Of a DNA stretch of 64,000 nucleotides, positions 27,804 to 40,090 are shown in pieces. The position numbers and the translations under genes were made by a program. The notes below the pieces were generated by a model, which worked only from the letters and a program-made list of their open reading frames with translations, did no database searches and was not told where the DNA came from. The stretch covers positions 753,419 through 817,418 of the forward strand of contig NC_069007.1 of the NCBI RefSeq assembly GCF_001194135.2, read 5' to 3'. Source of the DNA: Octopus bimaculoides. Lineage: Eukaryota. Each line of letters starts with the position of its first letter. The first letter of the stretch is position 1.

Positions 27804-28328
27804 TACATTGATACACACAAAGACGGTCACACGTACACAAACATGTATATATACACATTGACAGACATCTCCATACACACTCGCACAGATACATAGAGAC
27901 ACACTGACACACGTATAGACACATACTCAGATAAGCAAACAGATCTACAGACACACAAACCCATACAGACGCACATCTAACATCACTCACGCTGTCCGAC
28001 ATCACTCACTTTCGTTGTCGTTACTCTTCTTTCATTTTCTGCTTTTAATCATTTCAATCAGTTTGAATTGAGACGACAACGAATAGGAACGAATAGAGAT
28101 CGAGTTACACAAACACCAGCTTCCAAACAACAAAACAAATTCACAGTTGGAATGGTGGTGGTGGTGATAGTGGTGTTACTAGCGTGAACGTCAGCACTTG
28201 TAGTTGTAAAGGAATAATGCTTTGAAAGGCAAGAATACGAGATGAGTGTGGCACCAATTTTTGAAATTAGACTAAAACAATAAACCGAACGAGAACATTA
28301 ATGATAATAACAATAATAATAATAATAA

Positions 28329-28541
28329 TGATTTCAAATTCTTGCACAAGACCTGAAAGTTAGCGTGAAGGGAAAAGACAATTACATCGAACACAGATCA
28401 ATTGGTATTTAATTTAACGACCCCGAAAGGGTGAAAGGTAAGATCAACCTCGGTGGCGTTTGGACTCAGAGCGTAAAGACGGTCGAGATGCCCCTAGACA
28501 TTTTGTCAGGCGTGCGAAAGATTCTGCCAATTCGATACCTT
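28329..28541 (-). mobile_element. SINE family A, full-length decayed
   Basis: Tail TGCACAAGACCTGAA, core ACGACCCCGAAAGGGTGAAAGG..CAACCTCGGTGGCGTTTGGACTCAGAGCG, 5' end GATTCTGCCAATTCG..CCTT. AAT-rich on both sides. Confidence 0.85.
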
Positions 28542-28544
28542 AAT

Positions 28545-28857
28545 AAAAGAAGAGAAACTAAACCTCCACGACGATTTCAAGTGGGAAATACGACGGTTGA
28601 GGGCAATAAGGGGAGTAAACGTGATACCAATAATAATTGGCGTTCTTGGAAGTATCAGCACTGAAGTACCAGCCTAGCACAAAAGAGATTGCTACAAATG
28701 TAAAGGTAGAACAGCATGGAACTGCAAGAATTCTTCGCAGGGGTCTTGAAGTATGACAAGTAAAGAAGTGTCACCTTAGTCTGCTGGCTGTGGACAGCTG
28801 ACACTCCCCATCATACCCAGCAAAATAAGATGAGAGTTTTCATCAATTAATAATAAT
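28545..28857 (+). mobile_element. Dong/R4-clade non-LTR retrotransposon 3' end (endonuclease C-terminus, 3' UTR, TAA tail)
   Basis: 28546-28674 reads KEEKLNLHDDFKWEIRRLRAIRGVNVIPIIIGVLGSISTEVPA (cf. KY.DL..EI.RLW..V.VIP.VIGALG). 28718-28753 reads GTARILRRGLEV* (cf. LGTARILRRVL). About 95 nt of UTR follows, ending in TAATAATAAT. Confidence 0.85.
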
Positions 28858-29069
28858 CCTTTCTGTTATAGGCACAAGACATGAAATTTGGGGTGACGGA
28901 TTCAGTTGATTATATCGACCCCAGTGCGTAACTGGTACTTAGTTTATCGACCCCGAAAGGATGGAAGGCAAGGTCGACCCCGGTGGGATTAGAACTCAGA
29001 ACGTAAAGACGGTCGAAATGCCGCTACGTATTTTGCCCGGTGTGTTAACTATTCTGCCAGCTCACTGCC

Positions 29070-29071
<2 letters not shown>
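28851..29071 (-). mobile_element. SINE family A, full-length, well preserved
   Basis: TAATAATCCTTTTCTGTTATAGGCACAAG..ATCGACCCCAGTGCGTAACTGGTACTTAG..GACCCCGAAAGGATGGAAGGCAAGGTCGACC..TTCTGCCAGCTCACTGCCTT, followed by (AAT)n at 29072-29102. Confidence 0.92.
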
Positions 29072-29103
<32 letters not shown>

Positions 29104-30994
29104 GACTATGATGCTCGATCATCAGCAACTACATCAGGAATCAATGAGAAGAAATAAGGAAAGCGAAACAATAAAAATATACTAAAACAAAACAAGTGTT
29201 GGAGAGAAGAGCAACATAAAAGAAGGCATTGTTGAGTCAAGAACTGGAAATGATTGAAGGATTGTTGAGCAGAGAGGAACAAAAGAGGATTGTTGCCTTC
29301 CAGCTATATTCAAGGCACGATCAAAGAATATTGTTGAAGATGATATCAATGTTGGGAAGGAAGTTGTTTTCTGTCAGTCAGTTGCACATTTAGCAGCCAT
29401 CGCAGGAAGGAAAAATAAAAATAAAAAAGACACAACTCGAGATGGAACTGGGAAAATAATATGCAGAGAAAATATGGCCATATTTTGTTGTTGCTCGAGG
29501 TTTTTGGCTGCTGCTGCTGCACATCATCATCATCATCAGCAGCAGCAACATCGACATCAACAATCTCATCACCATCATGAAGACGTTTTCTTTCTCTCTA
29601 GATTCTCCTTGAATATTTTTATCACCACAATTTAGTATCCTCCTCCCCTCCTACTCATTACTGATATTTTCGTTACTATTGTCATTACTATTATTATTGT
29701 TATTATTATTCGATTCTCCCTTGTGATTTTGTACATTATTTTCACTTTTATAGTTTATTCTTCTCAACACTATTTCACACCAACTTTCTTTCTCTCATTC
29801 GTTCCTTCCTCTTTTTTTGGGTGCATCCCTTTTCTCTTAATTTTCATTCTCTTCTCGTTCCTCTTCCAGACATTACAATAGTCACAACGTTTTCTTATAG
29901 AAATTCCCGAAATAACAATGTTTTACCCTTGACACCTCATGGGCAACGGAATACCCGCTTTCATGGCAAAGTCTGAACACAAGACAAACACACACATACA
30001 CAGATTTATTCCAGTCAGCCATAAATTCATACGATAAATATATATACTGACAATTGGGATGTAGTTTAGCCATTCAAACGAAACTATAGTATAATGATCT
30101 CGCTCGCTGTGGAGCATTTATTACTCCTATTTGTGTATACATAATATGTGCTTATTGGTGCTCTAAGTGCTTTTTAGCACTCATTTCTAGCAATGTAGAT
30201 GCTACCCTGCGCCCCCAGTCACAGCTAGTGACGTCTGAGTTTTTCCTTTTCCTTTTGCGCCACTTGGTGATCTCATATCAACATAAACTGCGCATTCATA
30301 TTATTAATATTATTATTATTAGTATCATCATCACTGCTTAATTTTAAACAGTTTGTTTGATGTAATTCATCGCCGGACACACCCAGTACCCTAGGAGAAA
30401 TGAATTTTAAGAGATGTTGAACTATAACTCAAAGCTTGGCGAGGAGAAGAAATACCTCCATACAATACAACACAAACATTTGAATTGATAGGGTTTTTCT
30501 AAGGATTATTGTTTCGTCGTCGTAGTCTTCATTATTATTATTATTATTTGATTTTGAATTGATACGACAAAAGCACGAGATTATTGTTGCTGCTGCTGTT
30601 GTCGGCATCATCATCATCACTTTATTGTTCCTCGTAATTACTACTTAGTAAGGCGCAACGAGAAAGTGCACGACGGGCCAGCTGCCAACAATTTCAGAAT
30701 TGGACAGAGAGCTAGAGTTAATAGAATGAATTGCCTCCGCATTAAACTGCAGCGCCAACCTGCTTTATATAAATGGCGTGTATGAGAAAGTCAGGATAAA
30801 GATTAACACTTGTGCAATTAATTAACAACCATACAATCTGATTAAATACATTGCGGAGTAGATACCGCAATTGAGAACATACAGAGCGTATGCTGGTGGT
30901 ATATAACACAGATATGCATATATATTTCATATACACGTGTGTATTTATATTAGCGTAGATAAATGTATACGTACGTACAATGTATAAAGTCGTG

Positions 30995-31025
<31 letters not shown>

Positions 31026-31181
31026 TTATATAAACACACGATTATGTATATATATATATACATACACACACACAGACAGATAAATGTGCATATATACAAT
31101 TATAAATATGTATCAATATATATGTATATATATATATTTAAACACACACACACACACATATATGCAAAGATATATATGTAT

Positions 31182-31243
<62 letters not shown>

Positions 31244-31802
31244 ATGTATATATTTATATGTGTGTGTATGTGTGTCCAATTTTGGACGGTATAAATCCGA
31301 TGTGTGTGTACATGCACATGCATCTGGTTGAAACCAGATATTAATTGATAGGTAGCCACCCGCTTCCAATAGGAATTAGTGTTTATAAGAATCAGAGTTA
31401 AGTAAACTCTTGGACTGATATACATTAAAGTAGAGTGAATGCTGCAATTAGTTTGTGATATAGTAAGATAAATTGATTTAGCATTAAGGATTACAACGCC
31501 AGAATGTTGTTATAGTTGTTGGTGTCACTGATAATCATGGGGGTGGCTGTGATACTGTTGTATGAGAATACCGGAAGATTAAGCTGATAATTCTAGCAGA
31601 TGAAATATCTAGCTTGATGCCGGAATATGTTTATATACAAGACAGATTGAAAAGATACATATGTTCAAAGAGTCACAAATAAAACACTGTCAATCAACAC
31701 GCCGTTGTTTTCTTTCGAGGTAAAGTAGCATCTATGTGAAAGTCTCCTACAGATATTACACAACCCACCCCCAAAAATCAATGAAACGAAGAATTTTAGT
31801 GC

Positions 31803-31849
<47 letters not shown>

Positions 31850-31899
31850 CGGAGATATACTTGCATAGCAAGCGACCTGATCAGAGATCGTGAGCTGGA

Positions 31900-32190
31900 A
31901 CGAAAACAAAAATCCGTGCAGCACGGAATTTTGTCAGTGAAGAGGTCGCGGTCTCAAAGCGAAGAAAATAATTTGGCAAATTAAATTTGAATGTTGAAGG
32001 GAATCTAGCAGCTTCCATTGCCCCTTTCGAATTCACACAGCATGCAGGTTTGATCCAAACTCATTTTGAAAATTGTATTCAAATTGCTGCAGAAAAAGAC
32101 AAGGTGAACGACTACCCAGTAAAAAATGTTTGTTTTACCGTAAGTATTGAAAAAGATGACAAAAATGCGACAGGTCTTCTTTCGAACCTG
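31900..32190 (+). mobile_element. Possible hAT (Hermes/hobo-like) transposase relic
   Basis: IAPFEFTQHAGLIQTHFENCIQIAAEKDKVN resembles the hAT N-terminal dimerisation segment (Hermes PFSAVSGSGFIDMIKFFIKVGAEYGEHVN, from memory). In-frame stop upstream; no TIRs found. Confidence 0.35.
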
Positions 32191-32304
32191 GTTTACACAC
32201 ACACATGCGTGTGTGTGCGCGTATTTATATGAGGCCTTATATATCAAATTATGTTACGGGGGTTTCGTAGATATGAACTGTCTGTAATGCATCGTATTTA
32301 TATT

Positions 32305-32703
32305 GAAATTCATGTACAAGTGTATTTTTGGGGTCAGGAAGATGATGGGTTGGGAATAGAAAAGATCGAATAGGAAATAATCAGTGTAACTTCGTTTCTT
32401 AAAGAAGGAGCTTTTTAAGTATAGATACGTCCAACTGTCGATATTCCATGCAACGGAAAGGAAAACGGAAATCCGTGATTGAAAACCAAACGTTTGAACC
32501 ACTACCGCGTGTGTACACACGCACACACATTATGTCTTGCAAAATAGGACAACCCCTACTAGAATCATCTGTAGAATAAACGACAACAGTAACTGCAGAA
32601 GCTTGATTTGTGTAAAGGAATAAGAAATAGAAAACTGGAATTTATGTAGGAGCGTATTTTTGGGGTCAGTAAGGATGATGGGTTGGGAATAGGATAGATC
32701 GAA
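32305..32703 (+). repeat. Dispersed direct repeat pair of about 66 bp (32305-32370 and 32638-32703)
   Basis: Both copies carry GTATTTTTGGGGTCAG..GATGATGGGTTGGGAATAG..AGATCGAA. Confidence 0.85.
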
Positions 32704-32780
32704 AGTGGTGAAGAGGTGGACAGAAAGAATTGGATTGAAGAGAAAGCGAGAGAGAGGGAGAGAAAGAGACAGTGACATTA

Positions 32781-32898
32781 GAGAGGGGAAGAGTGAGGGA
32801 GGTAGAGAGAGAGAGAGGGGAAGAGTGAGGGAGGTAGAGAGAGGGGAAGAGTGAGGGAGGTAGAGAGAGAGAGAGGGGAAGAGTGAGGGAGGTAGAGA
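32781..32898 (+). repeat. Polypurine minisatellite, unit GGGGAAGAGTGAGGGAGGTA(GA)n, running into a gap
   Basis: Four visible units with variable (GA)n spacers before the gap starting at 32899. Confidence 0.9.
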
Positions 32899-33435
32899 NN
32901 NNNNNNNNNNNNNNNNNNNNNNNNNNNNNNNNNNNNNNNNNNNNNNNNNNNNNNNNNNNNNNNNNNNNNNNNNNNNNNNNNNNNNNNNNNNNNNNNNNNN
33001 NNNNNNNNNNNNNNNNNNNNNNNNNNNNNNNNNNNNNNNNNNNNNNNNNNNNNNNNNNNNNNNNNNNNNNNNNNNNNNNNNNNNNNNNNNNNNNNNNNNN
33101 NNNNNNNNNNNNNNNNNNNNNNNNNNNNNNNNNNNNNNNNNNNNNNNNNNNNNNNNNNNNNNNNNNNNNNNNNNNNNNNNNNNNNNNNNNNNNNNNNNNN
33201 NNNNNNNNNNNNNNNNNNNNNNNNNNNNNNNNNNNNNNNNNNNNNNNNNNNNNNNNNNNNNNNNNNNNNNNNNNNNNNNNNNNNNNNNNNNNNNNNNNNN
33301 NNNNNNNNNNNNNNNNNNNNNNNNNNNNNNNNNNNNNNNNNNNNNNNNNNNNNNNNNNNNNNNNNNNNNNNNNNNNNNNNNNNNNNNNNNNNNNNNNNNN
33401 NNNNNNNNNNNNNNNNNNNNNNNNNNNNNNNNNNN

Positions 33436-33510
<75 letters not shown>

Positions 33511-33616
33511 TTAATGGATCTTTCATCTGTCCACGGTGATTACTGAAGACATATTGTAAACGATACGAACTTGGCACATCGACAGCAGAGTCCAGACATC
33601 GTGGCTTTCAACCCCA

Positions 33617-33652
<36 letters not shown>

Positions 33653-33659
33653 CTCTACA

Positions 33660-33860
33660 CTTGCCGTTCATCATAAACACCACGTGACCTTGTGTGATTT
33701 GTGTGTGGGAGATGTAAACTCCTAGGTGGGGGCGGGGGCAGCGAGATTCAGTGACAGCAGAGAGGAGGGAGTTGCAGGGCGCCGTCTGCGCGTCGTTTTA
33801 TAATTTCTGTGGTCAGGAAACAGGATTTCGGATTAGCCCTACTCTTTTCTTTGTAGTTTT
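33660..33860 (+). promoter_or_regulatory. Candidate promoter or enhancer island
   Basis: Locally GC/CpG-rich unique DNA with E-box CACGTGAC (33681-33688), GC-box GGGGCGGGG (within 33728-33738), TTTATAAT (33797-33804), TGTGGT, CAGGAAA and GGATTA. Motif evidence only. Confidence 0.35.
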
Positions 33861-35203
33861 GATTTCCTCGGAATTTCGGGGTTGTACGATCACCTGATCT
33901 GATACACAGTTCTGCATAACAGGTTTTGAACGTGTCTTAAGGTTATTTCATGATAGTGGTTGATGTAGTAACGCACCCGAAAAATCCGAAGTTCATAACA
34001 TGTTTTGGATGGGGGCAATTATTCATATCTCATTATAACTTGGACATATAAATACTTTATAATAATGGCGAGTATCATTGTTTAAATATTGTGTTCAATG
34101 GCTATTTTATATTGATAAAAGGAAGGAAATGTTTCCTAGCTTTACAATACAACTACTTACACCTATGTGTGTACGTATGTGTGTACATGCACGTAGTGTA
34201 AAGCAAATTCACATAGGAAGCATGCGAATAACAAATGCTTGTGAATACATAAAATGCCCTGCAACAACATATAGATAGATAGATAGATAGATAGATAGAT
34301 TGGTTGGTAGAAAGATAGATAGATAGATGGATGGATAGATGGATAAAGAGAGGGAGAGAATAGTGTATATTAAGTGTAAATGAGTTGAAAATGTATCAAA
34401 ATTATTGGTTAATGTTTTCAAGAGAAAGATGATTAAAGACTGTGTGTCTGTTGCATGAGGTATTATTGACGCAAGGTGAAATATTTGGGTGAAGTGCAGT
34501 TGAAAATGATGAGCATTCTCTGGAAATAAATCACATTTATAAATGAAGGCTCCCATATCGGGGGTCTTTCATTAAAGCTGGCATAAAGCCTACAGATTTT
34601 GGAAATTTATTCCGATTCCCCGTCAGATGGTCTTCGATTAGGTAGTTAAGTATTATTTCCACTTGGCTAATCTTTTAAGCAAGCATTTCCTTCTGGAATA
34701 ATCAGAATTTTGGCAACATTGGTGACGTTAAACAACCTATGGATATGAATATTGAGAAGCTAATTAAGGAAATAATTTTAGCGTTATTAAAATTAGATCG
34801 AATCCCGCTTAATTCGATTTCGACCTTCATAGATCTGAGGTGTGTGTGTGCGCGCGCATACCTAGGCATAAATCTTGCGAATGAAATATGAGTGCTCAAT
34901 ACATGTAGATGAAATACCTTTACGTTTTTATTGAAAGTGACATCAGAGTCGAGAGACGGTCAGTCACACTTTCAAGAAAAAAATGTCGTGATACAAACTT
35001 TAAAAAAATGGAATAATATTAAAAACCGAAAGAAACAAATCTTTTACACAGAACACATCGCTTCTTTTTAAATATATATATATCTCTAAAATATTCGTAT
35101 AATAAGTTACTTTTCTCATAATTAATAACATTTAATTTACGAAAATCTGTCCTCATATAAATATCCTTAAATATAAATGTGTCTCTGTCTGTGTCTGTCT
35201 GTC

Positions 35204-35237
<34 letters not shown>

Positions 35238-35496
35238 CGTTTGCCAGAAGTGAGGTGGGTGAGTGCTTTGAACAATATGCATTTAATTTAGGTACTGCTT
35301 CGTAGAATTAAAGCCAGAGTCGCATGATTACCAATTGGTTTGGTTAACAGGTTAACGGAGCAGAANNNNNNNNNNTCTAAAATATTCGTATAATAAGTTA
35401 CTTTTCTCATAATTAATAACATTTAATTTACGAAAATCTGTCCTCATATAAATATCCTTAAATATAAATGTGTCTCTGTCTGTGTCTGTCTGTCTG

Positions 35497-35527
<31 letters not shown>

Positions 35528-35544
35528 TAGCCACATTATATATA

Positions 35545-35783
35545 CAGCGTTGGCCAAAAGTCACCTGTCAGTAAATCAAAATTCCATAAATACTTAATAT
35601 TCAATTTTATTTATTCATTCTAATTACGAATGTTTATTAATTGAATGCTGTGAGTTAAAATCACCTTTTGTTTTTATTTTTCAACATTTGTCTATCATCC
35701 AAATCTCATAAAATAATTTTTTGTTTTAATGTTGGAATTAAAAGGGTTTTGATTTACTGTCAGGTGACTTTTGGCCAACCTTG
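35545..35783. mobile_element. 239-bp Tc1-like MITE
   Basis: 37-bp TIRs CAGCGTTGGCCAAAAGTCACCTGTCAGTAAATCAAAA (35545-35581) and the inverted copy at 35747-35783, 34/37 identical. TA on both flanks (35543-44, 35784-85). The TIR start resembles Tc1 CAGTGCTGGCCAAAA. Confidence 0.9.
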
Positions 35784-36902
35784 TATCCTGTAAACTTCGT
35801 GGCCGCCGTCAATCAGTGTTCATGCCCTGTCTCTGATTGTTTGTATGTACACATGGGCAATAGGCCTTCTGGTAGCCTAGCTACATCCAAAGTTTACCAA
35901 TCGTTCCTTTCTATTCCATCAATAATTACCAATTTGCATTGTTTCCAAATTTATGCAAATATAGATTGCTACATAAGGCCTCACAGATGTTTACGTCAGA
36001 ACGCAAATAAGGATTTATTGATGATACAAATTTTATATGGAACAAAATTTCTACCACCTGCAGCTAATGATACAAGGGCTAGAAATGTAATACATCTACC
36101 TCTCAATATGAGAGCCATCGGAAAATGGACCCACGTTTTCCCATTTTGTCCTTCACATAGTCTGAGTATACTCGTGGCTCTTATATCGTTGAAGAATCTT
36201 CTTCAAAGAACCGTTCTATTGTTTCAAACGTATAAAGAAGATGCAAGTTTTCCAACCACAGTGTATTTTGGTATCTAACTACAATGTGTTGTTGATTTTA
36301 ACCGCTTAGGAATTTAAATTCATATCTTCTCTGTTTCAAAAGTATCTTCAATATAAAAGTGTAAAAAAAAACCCCAGAAATTATCTGTTTCTCTTGCGGA
36401 ATCTTAAGATATCTCAGTGTCTCCCCATCAAATGCGTTAAGCAATCTACAGAAAAATAGAAAATAGTAAACAATATTCATTTGTTTTTCCCACTGAGCCG
36501 CTGTCTCTAACACAGAGTAGTCTTTTACTACATTTAACCATTGGACTCCGGCTATGAATGTTTCACCATGTTCAAAAGCTTCTCATCGATCAAATCTACC
36601 CAAGTAGTTCTTTCAGCCTCTTATCTATTCTTATCGATCTATATTCAATCGATGCCGTATTTACACTTCACGTTGAATTCCGCTGCTGCTTCGACGTTAT
36701 TATTAATGGCTTCTTATAGTTCGGTGCTCTATCCTCCTTGTCTTCAACACTCTCCTTGGTCTTCTTACAATAACTTGTATTTTCTATTATATCAGGTGAG
36801 ATAAAATCATGAATTTTCATTGGTGTCCTTTGGGTAACAGCTCAATTCTTTAAGATAATTGCGTCTATTCATTACACACGCACACACACAGTTCTTTTGC
36901 CC

Positions 36903-37126
36903 AACTGCTAATTTGCGGGTACACAAACAAACCGACACCGGTAGTGAAGCGGTGGCAGGGACACACAAACACACACAAGCGTTGCGGCGGGATTCTTTTA
37001 GTTGTCTACTGAATCTTTTCAGATTGCTGTGTTTGGCCCTAGGTTATAGTAGAAAGCATTTGTCCAAGTTGCCACACAGCGGGATTGAACCATGGACTAT
37101 GCAGATGGAGAGCAAGCTTCTACCAC
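36903..37126 (-). mobile_element. SINE family B, both halves with a short central (CA) run, truncated by gap
   Basis: AACCGACACCGGTAGTGAAGCGGTGG..ACACACAAACACAC..TTGGCCCTAGGTTATAGTAGAAAGCATTTGTCCAAG..GGGATTGAACC..AGCAAGCTTCTACCAC. Confidence 0.75.
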
Positions 37127-37710
37127 NNNNNNNNNNNNNNNNNNNNNNNNNNNNNNNNNNNNNNNNNNNNNNNNNNNNNNNNNNNNNNNNNNNNNNNNNN
37201 NNNNNNNNNNNNNNNNNNNNNNNNNNNNNNNNNNNNNNNNNNNNNNNNNNNNNNNNNNNNNNNNNNNNNNNNNNNNNNNNNNNNNNNNNNNNNNNNNNNN
37301 NNNNNNNNNNNNNNNNNNNNNNNNNNNNNNNNNNNNNNNNNNNNNNNNNNNNNNNNNNNNNNNNNNNNNNNNNNNNNNNNNNNNNNNNNNNNNNNNNNNN
37401 NNNNNNNNNNNNNNNNNNNNNNNNNNNNNNNNNNNNNNNNNNNNNNNNNNNNNNNNNNNNNNNNNNNNNNNNNNNNNNNNNNNNNNNNNNNNNNNNNNNN
37501 NNNNNNNNNNNNNNNNNNNNNNNNNNNNNNNNNNNNNNNNNNNNNNNNNNNNNNNNNNNNNNNNNNNNNNNNNNNNNNNNNNNNNNNNNNNNNNNNNNNN
37601 NNNNNNNNNNNNNNNNNNNNNNNNNNNNNNNNNNNNNNNNNNNNNNNNNNNNNNNNNNNNNNNNNNNNNNNNNNNNNNNNNNNNNNNNNNNNNNNNNNNN
37701 NNNNNNNNNN

Positions 37711-37748
<38 letters not shown>

Positions 37749-38645
37749 TTTTTTTTTTTTTTAGCTGAATCGCTCTTCATGAATGAAATAAAGCAGTCTC
37801 ATTTAGTTTGAAGTCTGGTTTCATGTAGCTATTCTGACTGTAACAGGGAAATATGATGTACAAGAATGTATTTCATGTTATTACAAGATAGAGAAGATGA
37901 ATAATATATGTTTGGGAGTGTGTGCGTGTTTGAGGGAGCTTACATATATATATACATATCTATATTTATTTTATATGAGATAATTTCTGCTAAAAGACAG
38001 ACCATATTAAAATAACTATGGTTCTAAAAATATTAAGAAGAATAATACATTTGAGGCCACTATTAATAATGCTGGTATTGTAAGTATTTTAGTTGGGTAT
38101 GTGATCGAAGTAGGTAAACATTTACCTTTTCTGAATAGATGAAGATGTGATAAAGAGTAATTACTTCCACAATAATAAATAGTGAACAGCAATAAAGAAT
38201 ATGGCGGATAAAAATTATAACAGAATGAAGACATCTTAATTTGCATCGAATTTAAAGAAAGTATGGAGCATAACATTTATTCAGATATTAGCCAAGTTTT
38301 CAGTAGTGCACAACTTGTTGAATACCTGAATAGACAGAGAGAATAGAATCCATTATAATATTGTAGAAAAATGGGCATAGCACCAGTTTTATATAACATA
38401 GCTATTGAGTAATTGGGCAGCAGCCAGCTATACGTATATATAGGGTAGTAAATAATTTAACAACGTAAACGAATTCTATTTAATCTGAATACGTAAAATA
38501 ATGCCTTTCCGTTTTATTATATATGAATGTTGAAATTAGCCATGATGCTGCAAGTTAGATCCAGCCTTTAGCCTTTTAATAAAAACAGATTATGATATAT
38601 GAGATATAAAACATTTTAATCCTGTATTAAACTGTGAATAGATAA

Positions 38646-38686
38646 ATAATAATCCTTTATACTATAGGCACAAGGCCTGAATATTG
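38646..38686 (-). mobile_element. SINE family A, isolated 3' tail
   Basis: AATAATAATCCTTTATACTATAGGCACAAGGCCTGAA matches the tail of 28851 and 47011. Confidence 0.75.
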
Positions 38687-39290
38687 TTGCTGTTGTTTAA
38701 GCCTCGTGTTAGCCACAAACCAGTTGATGTGGAACGAATTTTATTCCAATGCTTAATCTTTTGTTCCAGAATAATTACTCTTATAACGATTTTCATGCAT
38801 TTGCATCTAAAATACGAACCATCTGAGAAGCACTATAGTGTGTTGATAAAGAAAAACCTGAATTTAATAGTATTCAGAAGTGAGTTCTAGTATTATTTTA
38901 TAATAAGACGGATTTTGCTTCATTTGAGTAAAGAAATAAATAAAAGAAACCCCGTACATTAGAGAACAAACTATACCTTTTCTTTTAGAGTCAGTATCAG
39001 TGCAGAGGGGACGAACATAGCTATATACGCACGCATTAACTGCGTGTGTATGTGTGTGTGTGCTCGCATAAATACCTTTAAATATTTTAAAGTCCAATCA
39101 ATGTAAATCATACGAAGGAACAAGTCAACATAGGACACAGCATCTCTGAAGATTCCATAATGAAAGGTCCCTCACCCGAAAGTATTGACGCACGAGCTAA
39201 AAGTACAAACCATCAATTTGTATTATTTGTTATGATTAGATATGTTTTGGCTTTTAAAAGCACAACCTACTGCGGAGAGGTGTGCATGCA

Positions 39291-39336
<46 letters not shown>

Positions 39337-39556
39337 NNNNNNNNNNNNNNNNNNNNNNNNNNNNNNNNNNNNNNNNNNNNNNNNNNNNNNNNNNNNNNNN
39401 NNNNNNNNNNNNNNNNNNNNNNNNNNNNNNNNNNNNNNNNNNNNNNNNNNNNNNNNNNNNNNNNNNNNNNNNNNNNNNNNNNNNNNNNNNNNNNNNNNNN
39501 NNNNNNNNNNNNNNNNNNNNNNNNNNNNNNNNNNNNNNNNNNNNNNNNNNNNNNNN

Positions 39557-39590
<34 letters not shown>

Positions 39591-40016
39591 ATGCACAGGG
39601 ACATACAAACCTACACAAACAAATATACTTACATACATACGTGCAAATATACAGACACCGGCGCACACAAATATCTCTAATAGAGACCAGCTTCAGTTTC
39701 ATATAAGTTATATAAAAGGATATTCTCATTTCTTTATTCGTTATATATATTCAGTTTGACTCGGTGGCGTTTCCAAATTCATTAGTCTATCGATGTGTCT
39801 GTACCTTTTACAGATATTTTATCAGAGAGAGGCGAGGTAATAATCGCGTGTTGATCGCTTCTTTCGCTTTAGGCCACAGCGTAACGTGGGAATAGTGTTC
39901 TGTCTGAAGAACAGATTGAACAACTGTACAATGGAAACTCCTCATAGAGTCTACCACTTATTTTCGTATACTGCACCGTTGTTGATTTATAGTTTGATTT
40001 TGCTTATATAAACGTG

Positions 40017-40054
<38 letters not shown>

Positions 40055-40055
<1 letters not shown>

Positions 40056-40090
40056 TCCTTTATTCTTTTATCTGTTTCAGTCATTTGACT
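40055..40090 (-). mobile_element. SINE family B, 3' tip
   Basis: TTCTTTTATCTGTTTCAGTCATTTGACT, nearly identical to 53985-54012. Confidence 0.65.

Noticed and set aside
32781-32898. Repeat array considered as CRISPR
   Set aside because: There are no unique spacers (only GA-length variation), the context is eukaryotic and there are no cas genes.
35086-35520. About 145-bp exact duplication (35086-35230 and 35376-35520)
   Set aside because: The second copy starts right after a 10-N gap and is essentially identical, so it is most likely a contig-overlap assembly artefact. Long reads would confirm.
35781-36278. Longest non-repetitive ORF (165 aa, + strand)
   Set aside because: No recognisable motif. 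The opposite strand has only a faint KLVIIDG Tc1-like echo with many stops. Needs BLASTX; not supportable by eye.
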